Source of the DNA: a virus
Lineage: Duplodnaviria > Caudoviricetes
IMG/VR virus record: IMGVR_UViG_3300020814_000535
Direction: 5' to 3' (one strand)
DNA: 64,000 nt
Shown: positions 40,484 to 49,896 of the stretch, piece by piece
How positions within the stretch are numbered: the stretch's first letter is position 1
Layout of the letters: every line of letters begins with the position of its first letter
Made by a program: the position numbers and the translations under genes
Notes under the pieces: model-generated
What the model was told of the DNA's origin: nothing
Database searches by the model: none
The model's input: only the letters and a program-made list of their open reading frames with translations

Positions 40484-43400
40484 TAGCCCTCCAATTCTCC
40501 TCTGCGATAAAGCCCTCTTATCTCTTCGCTTCTATCTTCTTTAAGCTGGAGATTAACAGAATGTTTCTTGTCTCCAAAACGAGGAAGTATTGTTACGTCG
40601 ATTGGTTTTACTCCATGCTTATATAATACTTCAAGAACTCGTTCCCGCACTTCTTGCTGATTTAGCTTCGGACCTTCTTCCACTTCTTCTGCTGCTGCTT
40701 CAAGATAAGGTCTCTGTGCTGCGGCTTTAATGTCGTCTGGCCAAATGTCGTAATCAAAGTTAGATTCTCCAAGATTTTCTACTATTTTTAACTTCAAATC
40801 TTCGAGAGAAACAAGAGGAGAGTTGTGGTAAACCCCTATAAAACTTTGATAAGAATGCCCGTCAGGAACTTCGAAATCATAGACCTCTCCGTCATAATCT
40901 TTGCTAGAAATCTCCTCTACGCGGTATGCAATAAATCCATCACCCAGTATGGCTCGCGTAGATTTATCAATTGGTTCAGTTGAGTAAATGGTCTTGCGAT
41001 TGTAGTTCCTCGTAACACAACGGAAAGAAACAGGCTGTCTGCTTGCTTCCCAAATTAACTTAGCCAAATAGCATAAAGCTTTATTGGTCACCATAAGTCT
41101 ATCTCTTCCGTCTTTACTGCCGTCTCCATCTAAAAGCCCCCCAAGAAGAGCCTGTTGCGACTCTCTTGTAATATTGGTTATCCAATATGGAATTTTCTTG
41201 GTGTCGCAGCCTCGTCCAATCCAAGTCTCAAATAAAGTTCCCAAAAACCCACTGTTGACCTTCAAACAACAACTATTTCCTGTATCTCTGTACCTTTCGT
41301 ACACAGAAGAAACCAGACCAAACTTTTCTTCAATTACTTTTTTCGCCAATTCAAGAACAGGCCTTTCCTTAATAGTCATGGTTATCATAACGCCACGTAC
41401 CCGCTTCCCCGTTGACCACACATTCCCATCTGCCAAAATTAATCCAGTCAACCACGCAAGTTGCTCGTCAATCTCCATAATCCTCTTTACGGGCCTAATT
41501 ATTCCCGAATGAGGCCTTACAAAATCCCCGTCTTTCTTAAATAATTTCTTCAAGTCTTGAGGCAACTCTTCCAGTAAATCAACGACAGGATTCTTCTCTG
41601 AACATTTTAGGTATGGTTTAATCAAATAATGGCTTGTGGTCAGGTCTTTAATAGCAATCCACTCTGGCTTGTAATTTACAAAATGGATATTCTCACAATG
41701 AGAGCATTTCCATCTTCCTTCTCTAGCTAGACAGATAGAACTAGGTCTAACGTCATATGGACACTTCTCTGTCTTAATTGCCAAAACTAAATGATTCCCC
41801 GTCGCCTCCATCTTGAACAATTCATCATGTGCAATACGAATGGTATAAATTTTTTCATTAATCATACGTTTAAATATATCGCTTATTATCCGTATGTCAC
41901 CATATTTATCATAAATCTTATCTCCAATCTTTATTTCTTCAGCCATCTTCTCTTCTAGATTTGGAGCCGACATTAATACCTGGTCTGGCGGTAAACAGAA
42001 TCCTACCCAATCTGGGCCAGGAAGCGGCTTGTCTTCTAATTTCTCTGGCAGAAGTTTAGTTCTTCTATACCAATCTGCATAAGTTTCGTCTTTAGTCCGA
42101 GAGGAGAGATATTCGTTCTTTAATCCTTCGTTTACTGGAAACCCCTCTGTCTCTTGAAGTTGTTTTAGTTCTTCCGCCGCGATTTCTGCTTTCTTCATCT
42201 CTTCTTCGGTTAACAAACCTTTCTTTTGAGCCTCCGTGTAATTGGCGACATCTTGCATCTTCCAACGAGCCATCATCAGGGGCTTCTCGTTCTCAGGGAT
42301 CATCTCAAGAATCTTCTCTCGTTCTTCCGCATCTGCCTTCACAAACTCTGTGAAATAATCCCTTTCTCGTCTGGGCAATGAACGGTGGATGGTTGCTGGA
42401 TTCTTCGTAAAAGGATTCATTCCAAAAAGAGTTTCTCGTCTTTGAGCATCGTATTTACGCGCCTCCCCCTTGTCTCCCTCGGCCACAGCTTCGTTCTTTA
42501 GCTTAGTGAATTTAACATACTTTAGTATATCAAAATACTCTTCAATCTCTCTTCTTCGTTGGACGTCCGAAGGTATGCCGTCCCATCCCAAAAAGTGAGC
42601 CATTGAAGTTAGAAATGGTTTTACGAAGTCACGGATTGGATGTTGCCAATATCCCGATTGAGTGCCCCATACCTGAGTCTTCTCATAATCTTCTACAGCT
42701 GTTCTAGCGTGAACCAGTTTGGAAGCTGGAGAGATAGGAGTCAGATACTCAAACGGAGTTTCTGCGTTGTGGCTCAGGGTCTCCCAGTAAGAGCCCAAAA
42801 GCTGACCCATCCACCCAGGACCGCCTTCCGCTTTGGCGGCTTCATTTTCCCGCGCGAGCGCTAACTCGGATTCGTTGTAAATCTTTTCTTTGTAAAGATA
42901 AGAGGAAAATTGCTTACGCTGTTTCTTTTCGGCAACCTGTTTGATTGTTTCGCTAATTCGCTCTTGGTCTTCTGTTGTTAATTGCCCGCGCTTATCCATT
43001 GCTCGAGCTTGAACAAGAGCTTGGCGATATTCCCTACTGTAAGGGGCCAAGTCGCCCAAGATCTTAACGCGATGGGAAACAGGATAATCTTCAGGGCTGA
43101 CTCCCTTTAATTCAGGATGTATAGTTTCGTAACCAAGACCTGGAACACGCTCTTCGCCTCTAGGAACCAAGGTGTAAGGATCGCCCTGTCTAAAATTCTC
43201 AGATCGGTCATTTGGTCCAGGCATCCATGAAGGTTGGGTATTGGCTAAAGGATTATAAAAGTCTTTTGTTTGTTCATTAGGATAGAGGCGTCTAAAGAAT
43301 TCGGTGTTATGAACTAGCGTTCCTTCAACTACATAGTAATGTTTGTCACTGATTGTTAAATCATAAACAGGAGGGCGAATATCTTCGAGTTCTTTTGCCG

Positions 43401-46400
43401 ACCTCACATAGGCAAAAAGCATCCCGTCGTATATAAAGCTTTTCCCACTTAGCCGAGAAGTTTGCTCAGGCAATCTCCTTGATAAAATTGCCTCAATTTG
43501 TTTTGTAGCTTTTTTTCCCCAGCTTAAGTAATGTCGTAATGAATTTTTACGCTTAGTCCCTTGAGGATAGGCTCCTCTCCCGCTTTCTTCATAGGAAGTA
43601 ACAAGATTCCCAATGACACCAAGGCCAAGCGCTAAATCAAAAACATCGCGAATTAACTGTTTAGAAACAGAAGTAAACCCAGACTTACTCTTCTCTTTGT
43701 TACACCAGCCATCTCCAGAAACAACGCCAGCTAGCAAATGAACGTATCTGCTCGGTTCCATTTGCTTCACAAACAACGGTACATGCTTCTTGTGTGCCCC
43801 TTGTCCACAAGAAGCACTTAGCCATCTTGCAAATTCAGAACAAGAAGCCCTAAGAACAATTCCTTCTCCATTATTCTTGCTAATACAAGCATCTACTCCT
43901 AATTCTTTTTTCAATATCGAGGCTAAATGTTCGGCAATATCTCTTTCTTTTTCGGCCATACATAACGAAATTCTCCCATCTTCTGTAAATCCTTCAGCTA
44001 TAAACCAGCCAATAAAGTAAAGAAGATCATCGGACAATTTAACAAAACGATCTACGCGATCAGGAATATATCCCCTTTTTTGAGCAGTCAGGATAACCTT
44101 AATCGTTCTTTTTGAGAACCCTTCTCTCTTTAAAGATTTGCGAGAACAGACTCCGTTTAAGCCAAACTCGGCGAATTCAGTTGCCTTAGCCATCTCAATA
44201 TCTTTAATTTGTCTATAAACAAACTTGTCTGTAATAACCCCTCTTCCATAAGGAGCCAAATCAACAACATAATCTCCGAAAACAGCTGGTTTCAGTATTG
44301 GATAAACAACCATATCCCCTGGACAAATATCTTTAAGCTGAATATCTTTTAACTTAATTTCATCGCTGTTTCTTATTGGCTTAACATGACCTTGAGAATA
44401 TCTTTGTCTCTTAAATACAGGAATCCAATGATTTGCCGTCGCTCGTATCTTCGAATCGGTTGTAGAAACCTCAAGTTCAATAATCGATTCGCTATATTCA
44501 GTTTTCTTTAGGGTATTCTCTACAGAACGAAAAACTCCTCCTTGCGACAAAACCCTATCTCCAATACAAATTGTTTCAATAGGCATATAACCTTGCTCGG
44601 TATAAACAAGAGTTCCTTCTACAAAGCAGAATCCGACCGGATCTCCAATTTCCTTTTCCCAGTAAGCTCTTCCAGGAGAATAGATCTGTCCTGCCGAAGC
44701 CAGTTGTTCTTCCTGAGAAAACAGGTCTTGAGTGCCAGTCAAACGTTCTTTGAAAGAAGCCATCGCAAATCCAGGAAGGCCTACCATCTGGCGTAAACGA
44801 TAGACTTGCTCTCCAATTACCTGACTAGCGTCATTGGGACCAACAGGAGCACCTGGTCCAGATTCTCCAAGTCCAGGAAGCGATCTGCGTTCTCCAAAGC
44901 GCAAAGATTCTGGAGCGTATTCGCTGCCGCCCGATCCTTCTCTTAGCCATTCGTCAGAATGCATATAACGAACGGGTTTAACAATTCTTCCTATGGTCGC
45001 GCCAAGAAGAGGACCGATAAGAGGAACTTCCTCAAAAGCTGGAGATGTCTGGGGATAAGGTCGATCCCAATAATGCTCTCGTTCGAGGTTGTAGGTAAAA
45101 TTCTCTTGTATCCATTTACTTATCGGAGAGGGTTCGTCTTCGCCCCAAATCGCTTTCTCTCTGGCCTTATTAATCATCCTAGGATACCAATGTTGCTCGT
45201 ATCTGGTGATACGTTCACCCTGGATCGGCGACCTACCAAACATCCACCAACGCCCTTTCCGCACGGGCACTTCTTGTTCACCAGAATAGATTCTCTCTAA
45301 TTCATCTGGTCTTGTTGAAGGGACTAGAGCGCCAGGAATAAACGGGGCTATTGCTGCTACACCAAGAAGCAATCCTCCCCACTTAGCCATTCCGCCAAAA
45401 GTGGGTTTCTTGATTACGCTAAGTAATCTTCCAAGAACTCCCTTTTCTTCTTGTCTCGTAGCAATCCACTTAGCGGCTCTACCAACTCTTCCTTCTGTCA
45501 GTATATTTACTTCTCTATCTACGATAGCTTTCATTTCAGGAGAGAGCCCACGAATGATTTGTTCTTGTGGTTCAATCCCTTTTAGCTGCTGAAGAAACAT
45601 CTGCTCTCTAGCTGTATAGATCAGAGAGGCTTCAGATGCGGAGAAACCTTGTGTTTGAAGGGCTATTTGTTTGGCGATTCTCTCTCCATAACCAAGAACA
45701 GAACCACCTAAATAACCCATCAGAGGAAAAGCCGCTAGTTTAGTTAGACTAGTACTTCCTGGAGCTACTTCCTCTTGTCGTTCTCTAAGGGAGTGAAGCC
45801 CCGTTAATTCTGCTGTCCGAGAGAGAAGGACTTGTGATTTTGTCCATATTGTTCCCGCCGCAGCTGTTATTCCCTGGTCAAAAATTGTCTCATCAAAAAG
45901 AGAGCTTTCTCTGACCCAGTAATCTAGTTGATCATAGGCTAGCTTAGCTGCAGGAAGTGCTATCCCGAGTTTTAAAGCTAGCTTCCCAAAAGTCCTGAGT
46001 CCACTAGAAGGCTCGACTCCTGGACGGAATCTCCCGAGGCCAGGAACCTTCTGAAGGATTGGGAAGAATTCAAAAGGAGCATTAGCTAGTTGGTTAAACC
46101 TATCTACTAGGGATGTTCCATAACCAGAAATAAAACGCCTGGCCGCCTGAAAGCGTGTTTTCCCGCCGGCAAATCCGAATACTTCTTCCGCCTGTTTGCC
46201 AGCTGCATCAATAAACGGGATCCGCTGAGTAAAGACATCTTCGATTCCAGACCAGGGTGCGCCACGGAAAGATCTTGCATAGGCGCTTTGGAATCTAGGA
46301 GTTACAGAAAGAGGATTTCTGAGTACCGAAGCGTGCTCAAGGAGTACTTTGTCGCCCGTCCTGCCCAGATAAAGTTTTCCGTTCTCGAAACGGAAACCCT

Positions 46401-46818
46401 CGTTAAGCAACTCGGGGGAAGTAAAGTCGGCACCAGTTAGCTTGGTTAGATAATCTAACCATCCCCTGCCAAGATAATTGTCGGAAGACGACAATCCTTG
46501 GAGGATCTCGGGGGAAAAATACCTAAACTGTTGAGATGCTGTCTCGAGCGGAGACAACATATGCGACAATTGAAATGTGCGAAGGATTTTGCCGGGAGAA
46601 TATTCCTCTACCGCTCTAATGGCCTTTAGATAATAATCCCAACCCCTTTGATCTCCGATTTTAGTGTAACCGAATAAAGTAAGAGCCCCAAGGCCAAGTC
46701 CAGCTACCGCTATGTTAGCGTAGTGTCTTGAATCTGGATAAGGGAGTGGCTGCTCGCCAGATCGCCAATCATCTACAGGCTGGTTTTGATATAATTCAGG
46801 AACGAAGGAAGAAGCCAC
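40483..46818 (-). CDS. giant tape-measure-position / ejection protein with predicted membrane segments and two inteins (about 1278 aa after splicing)
   Basis: follows the tail chaperones; several Gly/Ala-rich hydrophobic stretches; two Hint+LAGLIDADG insertions. Confidence 0.7.
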   Translation of the reverse strand: MASSFVPELYQNQPVDDWRSGEQPLPYPDSRHYANIAVAGLGLGALTLFGYTKIGDQRGWDYYLKAIRAVEEYSPGKILRTFQLSHMLSPLETASQQFRYFSPEILQGLSSSDNYLGRGWLDYLTKLTGADFTSPELLNEGFRFENGKLYLGRTGDKVLLEHASVLRNPLSVTPRFQSAYARSFRGAPWSGIEDVFTQRIPFIDAAGKQAEEVFGFAGGKTRFQAARRFISGYGTSLVDRFNQLANAPFEFFPILQKVPGLGRFRPGVEPSSGLRTFGKLALKLGIALPAAKLAYDQLDYWVRESSLFDETIFDQGITAAAGTIWTKSQVLLSRTAELTGLHSLRERQEEVAPGSTSLTKLAAFPLMGYLGGSVLGYGERIAKQIALQTQGFSASEASLIYTAREQMFLQQLKGIEPQEQIIRGLSPEMKAIVDREVNILTEGRVGRAAKWIATRQEEKGVLGRLLSVIKKPTFGGMAKWGGLLLGVAAIAPFIPGALVPSTRPDELERIYSGEQEVPVRKGRWWMFGRSPIQGERITRYEQHWYPRMINKAREKAIWGEDEPSPISKWIQENFTYNLEREHYWDRPYPQTSPAFEEVPLIGPLLGATIGRIVKPVRYMHSDEWLREGSGGSEYAPESLRFGERRSLPGLGESGPGAPVGPNDASQVIGEQVYRLRQMVGLPGFAMASFKERLTGTQDLFSQEEQLASAGQIYSPGRAYWEKEIGDPVGFCFVEGTLVYTEQGYMPIETICIGDRVLSQGGVFRSVENTLKKTEYSESIIELEVSTTDSKIRATANHWIPVFKRQRYSQGHVKPIRNSDEIKLKDIQLKDICPGDMVVYPILKPAVFGDYVVDLAPYGRGVITDKFVYRQIKDIEMAKATEFAEFGLNGVCSRKSLKREGFSKRTIKVILTAQKRGYIPDRVDRFVKLSDDLLYFIGWFIAEGFTEDGRISLCMAEKERDIAEHLASILKKELGVDACISKNNGEGIVLRASCSEFARWLSASCGQGAHKKHVPLFVKQMEPSRYVHLLAGVVSGDGWCNKEKSKSGFTSVSKQLIRDVFDLALGLGVIGNLVTSYEESGRGAYPQGTKRKNSLRHYLSWGKKATKQIEAILSRRLPEQTSRLSGKSFIYDGMLFAYVRSAKELEDIRPPVYDLTISDKHYYVVEGTLVHNTEFFRRLYPNEQTKDFYNPLANTQPSWMPGPNDRSENFRQGDPYTLVPRGEERVPGLGYETIHPELKGVSPEDYPVSHRVKILGDLAPYSREYRQALVQARAMDKRGQLTTEDQERISETIKQVAEKKQRKQFSSYLYKEKIYNESELALARENEAAKAEGGPGWMGQLLGSYWETLSHNAETPFEYLTPISPASKLVHARTAVEDYEKTQVWGTQSGYWQHPIRDFVKPFLTSMAHFLGWDGIPSDVQRRREIEEYFDILKYVKFTKLKNEAVAEGDKGEARKYDAQRRETLFGMNPFTKNPATIHRSLPRRERDYFTEFVKADAEEREKILEMIPENEKPLMMARWKMQDVANYTEAQKKGLLTEEEMKKAEIAAEELKQLQETEGFPVNEGLKNEYLSSRTKDETYADWYRRTKLLPEKLEDKPLPGPDWVGFCLPPDQVLMSAPNLEEKMAEEIKIGDKIYDKYGDIRIISDIFKRMINEKIYTIRIAHDELFKMEATGNHLVLAIKTEKCPYDVRPSSICLAREGRWKCSHCENIHFVNYKPEWIAIKDLTTSHYLIKPYLKCSEKNPVVDLLEELPQDLKKLFKKDGDFVRPHSGIIRPVKRIMEIDEQLAWLTGLILADGNVWSTGKRVRGVMITMTIKERPVLELAKKVIEEKFGLVSSVYERYRDTGNSCCLKVNSGFLGTLFETWIGRGCDTKKIPYWITNITRESQQALLGGLLDGDGSKDGRDRLMVTNKALCYLAKLIWEASRQPVSFRCVTRNYNRKTIYSTEPIDKSTRAILGDGFIAYRVEEISSKDYDGEVYDFEVPDGHSYQSFIGVYHNSPLVSLEDLKLKIVENLGESNFDYDIWPDDIKAAAQRPYLEAAAEEVEEGPKLNQQEVRERVLEVLYKHGVKPIDVTILPRFGDKKHSVNLQLKEDRSEEIRGLYRRGELEG
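40822..41997 (-). mobile_element. intein 2 (392 aa) with LAGLIDADG homing endonuclease
   Basis: starts CLPPDQ; block B 'ATGNHLV'; 'WLTGLILADG' and 'ALLGGLLDGDG'; ends 'VYDFEV...HSYQSFIGVYHN' followed by Ser. Confidence 0.95.
43306..44628 (-). mobile_element. intein 1 (441 aa) with LAGLIDADG homing endonuclease
   Basis: starts CFVEGT; block B 'ATANHWI'; 'YFIGWFIAEG' and 'HLLAGVVSGDG'; ends 'VYDLTI...HYYVVEGTLVHN' followed by Thr. Confidence 0.95.
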
Positions 46819-46821
46819 AGA

Positions 46822-46834
46822 ACGATTATCTCAG
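46822..46834 (-). promoter_or_regulatory. conserved motif CTGAGATAATCGT, candidate leaderless promoter
   Basis: near-identical to 29891..29903 with the same spacing to the start codon. Confidence 0.5.
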
Positions 46835-46840
46835 GAGTTT

Positions 46841-47734
46841 TTACTTCTTGCCAGCTTTGAGTTTCCGACGTCGTTCAAGAGCTTGGATAACATCCTTGTA
46901 ATGCTCTTGCGCTTCTTCGACCATTTGCTCGCGCTTCTCTCCTAATTCCCTCATCTCCCAACCACTTCCAACTGCAAATACATCGTGCCCTTCTTCTTTA
47001 AAATTAACTCCATGGGTAGGCTTGTACTTCAAAATAGGAGAATCGGGCTCGTCTGGCTGCTTCTCTTGTGAAATAGGTTCTATCTTCTTTTTCGAAATAT
47101 CTTGATGACGCTTCAAAGCTTCTTGTCGAGCCTTCTCGAGATCTCTCTGCTGCATATCCCAAATCTCTTTAGCGTCTAGTTTAGGTCGCTGTGGCTCAGG
47201 TTGTTCTTCTTGTCCTGCGGGAATAATCTCAATTGGAGACTGCCTGATCCCAAGCTGGATTAATTTTCTTTCCGCAAGAGCCAGAGTGTTGATCATTGTC
47301 TGATAATCCATAGCGTAGATCTCTTCTGGTTTATACGGAAAAGCTATTGAGATAACCGAGACAAACTCATGGATAATCTGCTGTTTCCCGTCTAGTTCTG
47401 CCCGCGCCATATTCAGAGTGTAGTTAACTCCCTCTGCAGACGAAGGACATGAAGCTTCCCAGATATTATTGACAACAGTGCTAACAATCCCAGCTTTGAG
47501 AGTTGGGAACAAACGGATAAAAGATTTATCTAGAACACATTTCTTGAAGATCTCGTCTTCGAATGCAGCGAGAGGAATAAGGCCCCTCTCAAAGCCCTCC
47601 GCATATTCAAGATAGTCTTTTATCGAGAGAGTTCGCCAGGGGACAAGAGTATTGTCTGGGAAGAGAGTCGCGTAACTGCCCTTCCCGTACTTCTCGTGGA
47701 GAGAGACAACGGCAGGTAAAAGGTTAGAGTTCAA
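46841..47734 (-). CDS. tail assembly chaperone (second paralog)
   Basis: lies between tube genes and the tape-measure position; shares 'R.L...(D/E)Y ... E.....C.L ... KAG..ST' with 47724..48158. Confidence 0.6.
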   Translation of the reverse strand: MNSNLLPAVVSLHEKYGKGSYATLFPDNTLVPWRTLSIKDYLEYAEGFERGLIPLAAFEDEIFKKCVLDKSFIRLFPTLKAGIVSTVVNNIWEASCPSSAEGVNYTLNMARAELDGKQQIIHEFVSVISIAFPYKPEEIYAMDYQTMINTLALAERKLIQLGIRQSPIEIIPAGQEEQPEPQRPKLDAKEIWDMQQRDLEKARQEALKRHQDISKKKIEPISQEKQPDEPDSPILKYKPTHGVNFKEEGHDVFAVGSGWEMRELGEKREQMVEEAQEHYKDVIQALERRRKLKAGKK

Positions 47735-48158
47735 TTACGAGCATAGACGCCATTGAGGCTGGCACGAAGTTGCTCTGCTGTTGAATCTGTTCAAACAAAG
47801 TTGAAATCGTTCCTGCTTTTCGTGTTGCCCACTGGGAGTCAGAAGCCCAAAGCATACAGGTTCGAACATAAGCTTCTTCATACTGATAGACCGTTTCGAA
47901 CTTCTGAGACTGCATGGCAGTCTGAAGTTCTACATACTCCTGCCTCTGCATTGAACGAAAAATAAAAAGCTCTGTTGCCGAGAAACCAGTTGTAAATACC
48001 TGGTCGTACTTGGCCTTCCAAGCTTCTATCTGTTCTACAGTAGGGGCTCCAGTAAAATTACTGAGAGCGTCCTTTAGCTTCTTGCGCCGCTTCTCTTCTG
48101 CTTCCTTTTCTTTTTCCTCTTCAAGACGTTCCTGTTCAGTCTTTTCTAGTTCTGGCAT
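47724..48158 (-). CDS. tail assembly chaperone
   Basis: 'EQIEAWKAKY', 'FIFRSMQRQEY', 'CMLW'; synteny. Confidence 0.65.
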   Translation of the reverse strand: MPELEKTEQERLEEEKEKEAEEKRRKKLKDALSNFTGAPTVEQIEAWKAKYDQVFTTGFSATELFIFRSMQRQEYVELQTAMQSQKFETVYQYEEAYVRTCMLWASDSQWATRKAGTISTLFEQIQQQSNFVPASMASMLVIEL

Positions 48159-48177
48159 AAATTTCCTTTGTTAGTTC

Positions 48178-48960
48178 TTAAACAGTAGTGCGGGCGATAA
48201 ATTCATAAACTTCTTGTATTGGCATGCCATCAATCTTAATCGTCTTTCCTTGAGAGAGAAGTCTCACTCCAACAATCTTTTGGGCAGTATGATTTGAACC
48301 TGGATTGGCATAGTTTCCAAATGTCGCATACATGTCAAACCCATCAAAAGCATTATCATCTGTTCTTCTTAATTGTTCAATCAATTTGTCGTTGTTTTGT
48401 GTTCCCCAGATTTGATCCTCAAAAATCTCTACAACATCTTCGAAAGTTTTATCAACTCCATTCTCTTCTGTTGCAAATCCCTGGAGGGTTTGATAGAAGT
48501 CGTATCTCTCTTGTTGAGACATTTGACCGTTCATTAACCTTTCAATCCCTGCACGCGAGACTTTTGTTCCATTGCTTCCAACAATCGGAGCCCCACCAAC
48601 ACCACCAGCTGAATTGATTTTATTCTGAAAGAGAGCCTTCTTCTTGCTAGAATTTATTGGATCTTGCTTGCTGCCTGAAGAAATGCTGTCCATTTCCATT
48701 CCGAACCATCTGCGGAGAACTGTCCATAAATAGCCAGCCTCTTTGTAGTTAATCGCAAAAGCTCCAGTCACCAAGACATGGCCAGCTGCACAAGCATCAA
48801 ATAACTGAGATGCATAACCATAAATAGGCTGCTTGGTTTGGCGAGTTGTATACTCAAAGTAAGTGATTTCATCTACCCAGACATCGCCAATATAGATACA
48901 GGCTTGGCTGCCCGAAAAATACTCTAGATCAAGAGTTCTATTAAAGAGTGGTCTAGACAT
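48178..48960 (-). CDS. tail tube-like protein (third, divergent paralog)
   Basis: 'YFSGSQ', 'KQPIYGY', 'GHVLVTG', 'IQEVYEFIAR' align with the tube paralogs. Confidence 0.65.
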   Translation of the reverse strand: MSRPLFNRTLDLEYFSGSQACIYIGDVWVDEITYFEYTTRQTKQPIYGYASQLFDACAAGHVLVTGAFAINYKEAGYLWTVLRRWFGMEMDSISSGSKQDPINSSKKKALFQNKINSAGGVGGAPIVGSNGTKVSRAGIERLMNGQMSQQERYDFYQTLQGFATEENGVDKTFEDVVEIFEDQIWGTQNNDKLIEQLRRTDDNAFDGFDMYATFGNYANPGSNHTAQKIVGVRLLSQGKTIKIDGMPIQEVYEFIARTTV

Positions 48961-49871
48961 TAGATGAATGGATTCTGGCGGACCTTAAATCGATAAAATG
49001 GATCAAGGTCCTTGTTGGTGTCCCAATTGTCCTCTTCGAATATAAGATCACTTGCCTTTTTTCCCGCCCATTCTGCCTGCATAATGCAATTTTCATCAAT
49101 CTTTCTTTCCGCGACCGATCTCATGGGGTCAAAATCCCTAGCCATAAAATTCATTGTAGACTCCGTCAGAATGTCTTCAACTGATAGAACCATTCCCTCG
49201 CGGAAAAACTCAACTCCATAAATAGACATTCTAGAGGTATGTCCATATTCGTTGGCAAAAACAACAGTGACATCGAGAGGGGGAATTTGATCCGCTATAG
49301 CAGTCCCGTATTTAGAGCCATCAAACTCCGTAGCATGGTTAACCATAAATTCTTCTAACACATGTTTATTAAATACCGTGAAGATCATACTTCCAGCAAC
49401 ATCTCTTGGTCCTCTGGTGTGTCCTTTTGGAGAAACATGTCCTAGAGCACGGACTTGTTGTTTGTCTCTGTTGGTCGAGATGGAAAGAGTCTGAAGCTCA
49501 AGGAGAACTTTTACTGCCCCGTAACTCGGATTCAGCAAATCTCCAGGGCTTCCTCCACTTAACTTAAGGTCGTTTAAAACGTCAAATGAATCTTGTAGTT
49601 TTTTCTTTAAAGTATTGATCTCTCCAACACAGCGAGTCATTTCTGGCGTGCCTTGTTTTAACGAAGCTATCTTTGTCTGCAGAGCAGACAGGCGACTATT
49701 GATTGTGTCATAGTCCACCTGCGCGACCTTGATCTCATTCTTCAGGGCTTTGTAGCGAATCTGAGCAGAGGCATTTGGATCGTACGTATGCACGAGCACT
49801 TTGATGTCAGTGCCCGCATACGAACTGTTGTTTATGTAAACGGATCCTTTAAGAACTGAATCGTTGGGCAT
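48960..49871 (-). CDS. tail tube-like protein (second paralog) with a coiled-coil insertion
   Basis: 'RGPRDVAGSMIFTVF', 'ADQIPPLDVTVVFANEYG' are near-identical to the tube protein. Confidence 0.7.
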   Translation of the reverse strand: MPNDSVLKGSVYINNSSYAGTDIKVLVHTYDPNASAQIRYKALKNEIKVAQVDYDTINSRLSALQTKIASLKQGTPEMTRCVGEINTLKKKLQDSFDVLNDLKLSGGSPGDLLNPSYGAVKVLLELQTLSISTNRDKQQVRALGHVSPKGHTRGPRDVAGSMIFTVFNKHVLEEFMVNHATEFDGSKYGTAIADQIPPLDVTVVFANEYGHTSRMSIYGVEFFREGMVLSVEDILTESTMNFMARDFDPMRSVAERKIDENCIMQAEWAGKKASDLIFEEDNWDTNKDLDPFYRFKVRQNPFI

Positions 49872-49896
49872 CAAACATATTGTTACACAATACTAT

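Noticed and set aside
47724-47740. Programmed frameshift between the tail chaperones
   Set aside because: No slippery heptamer, and an in-frame TAA immediately precedes the second gene's TTG
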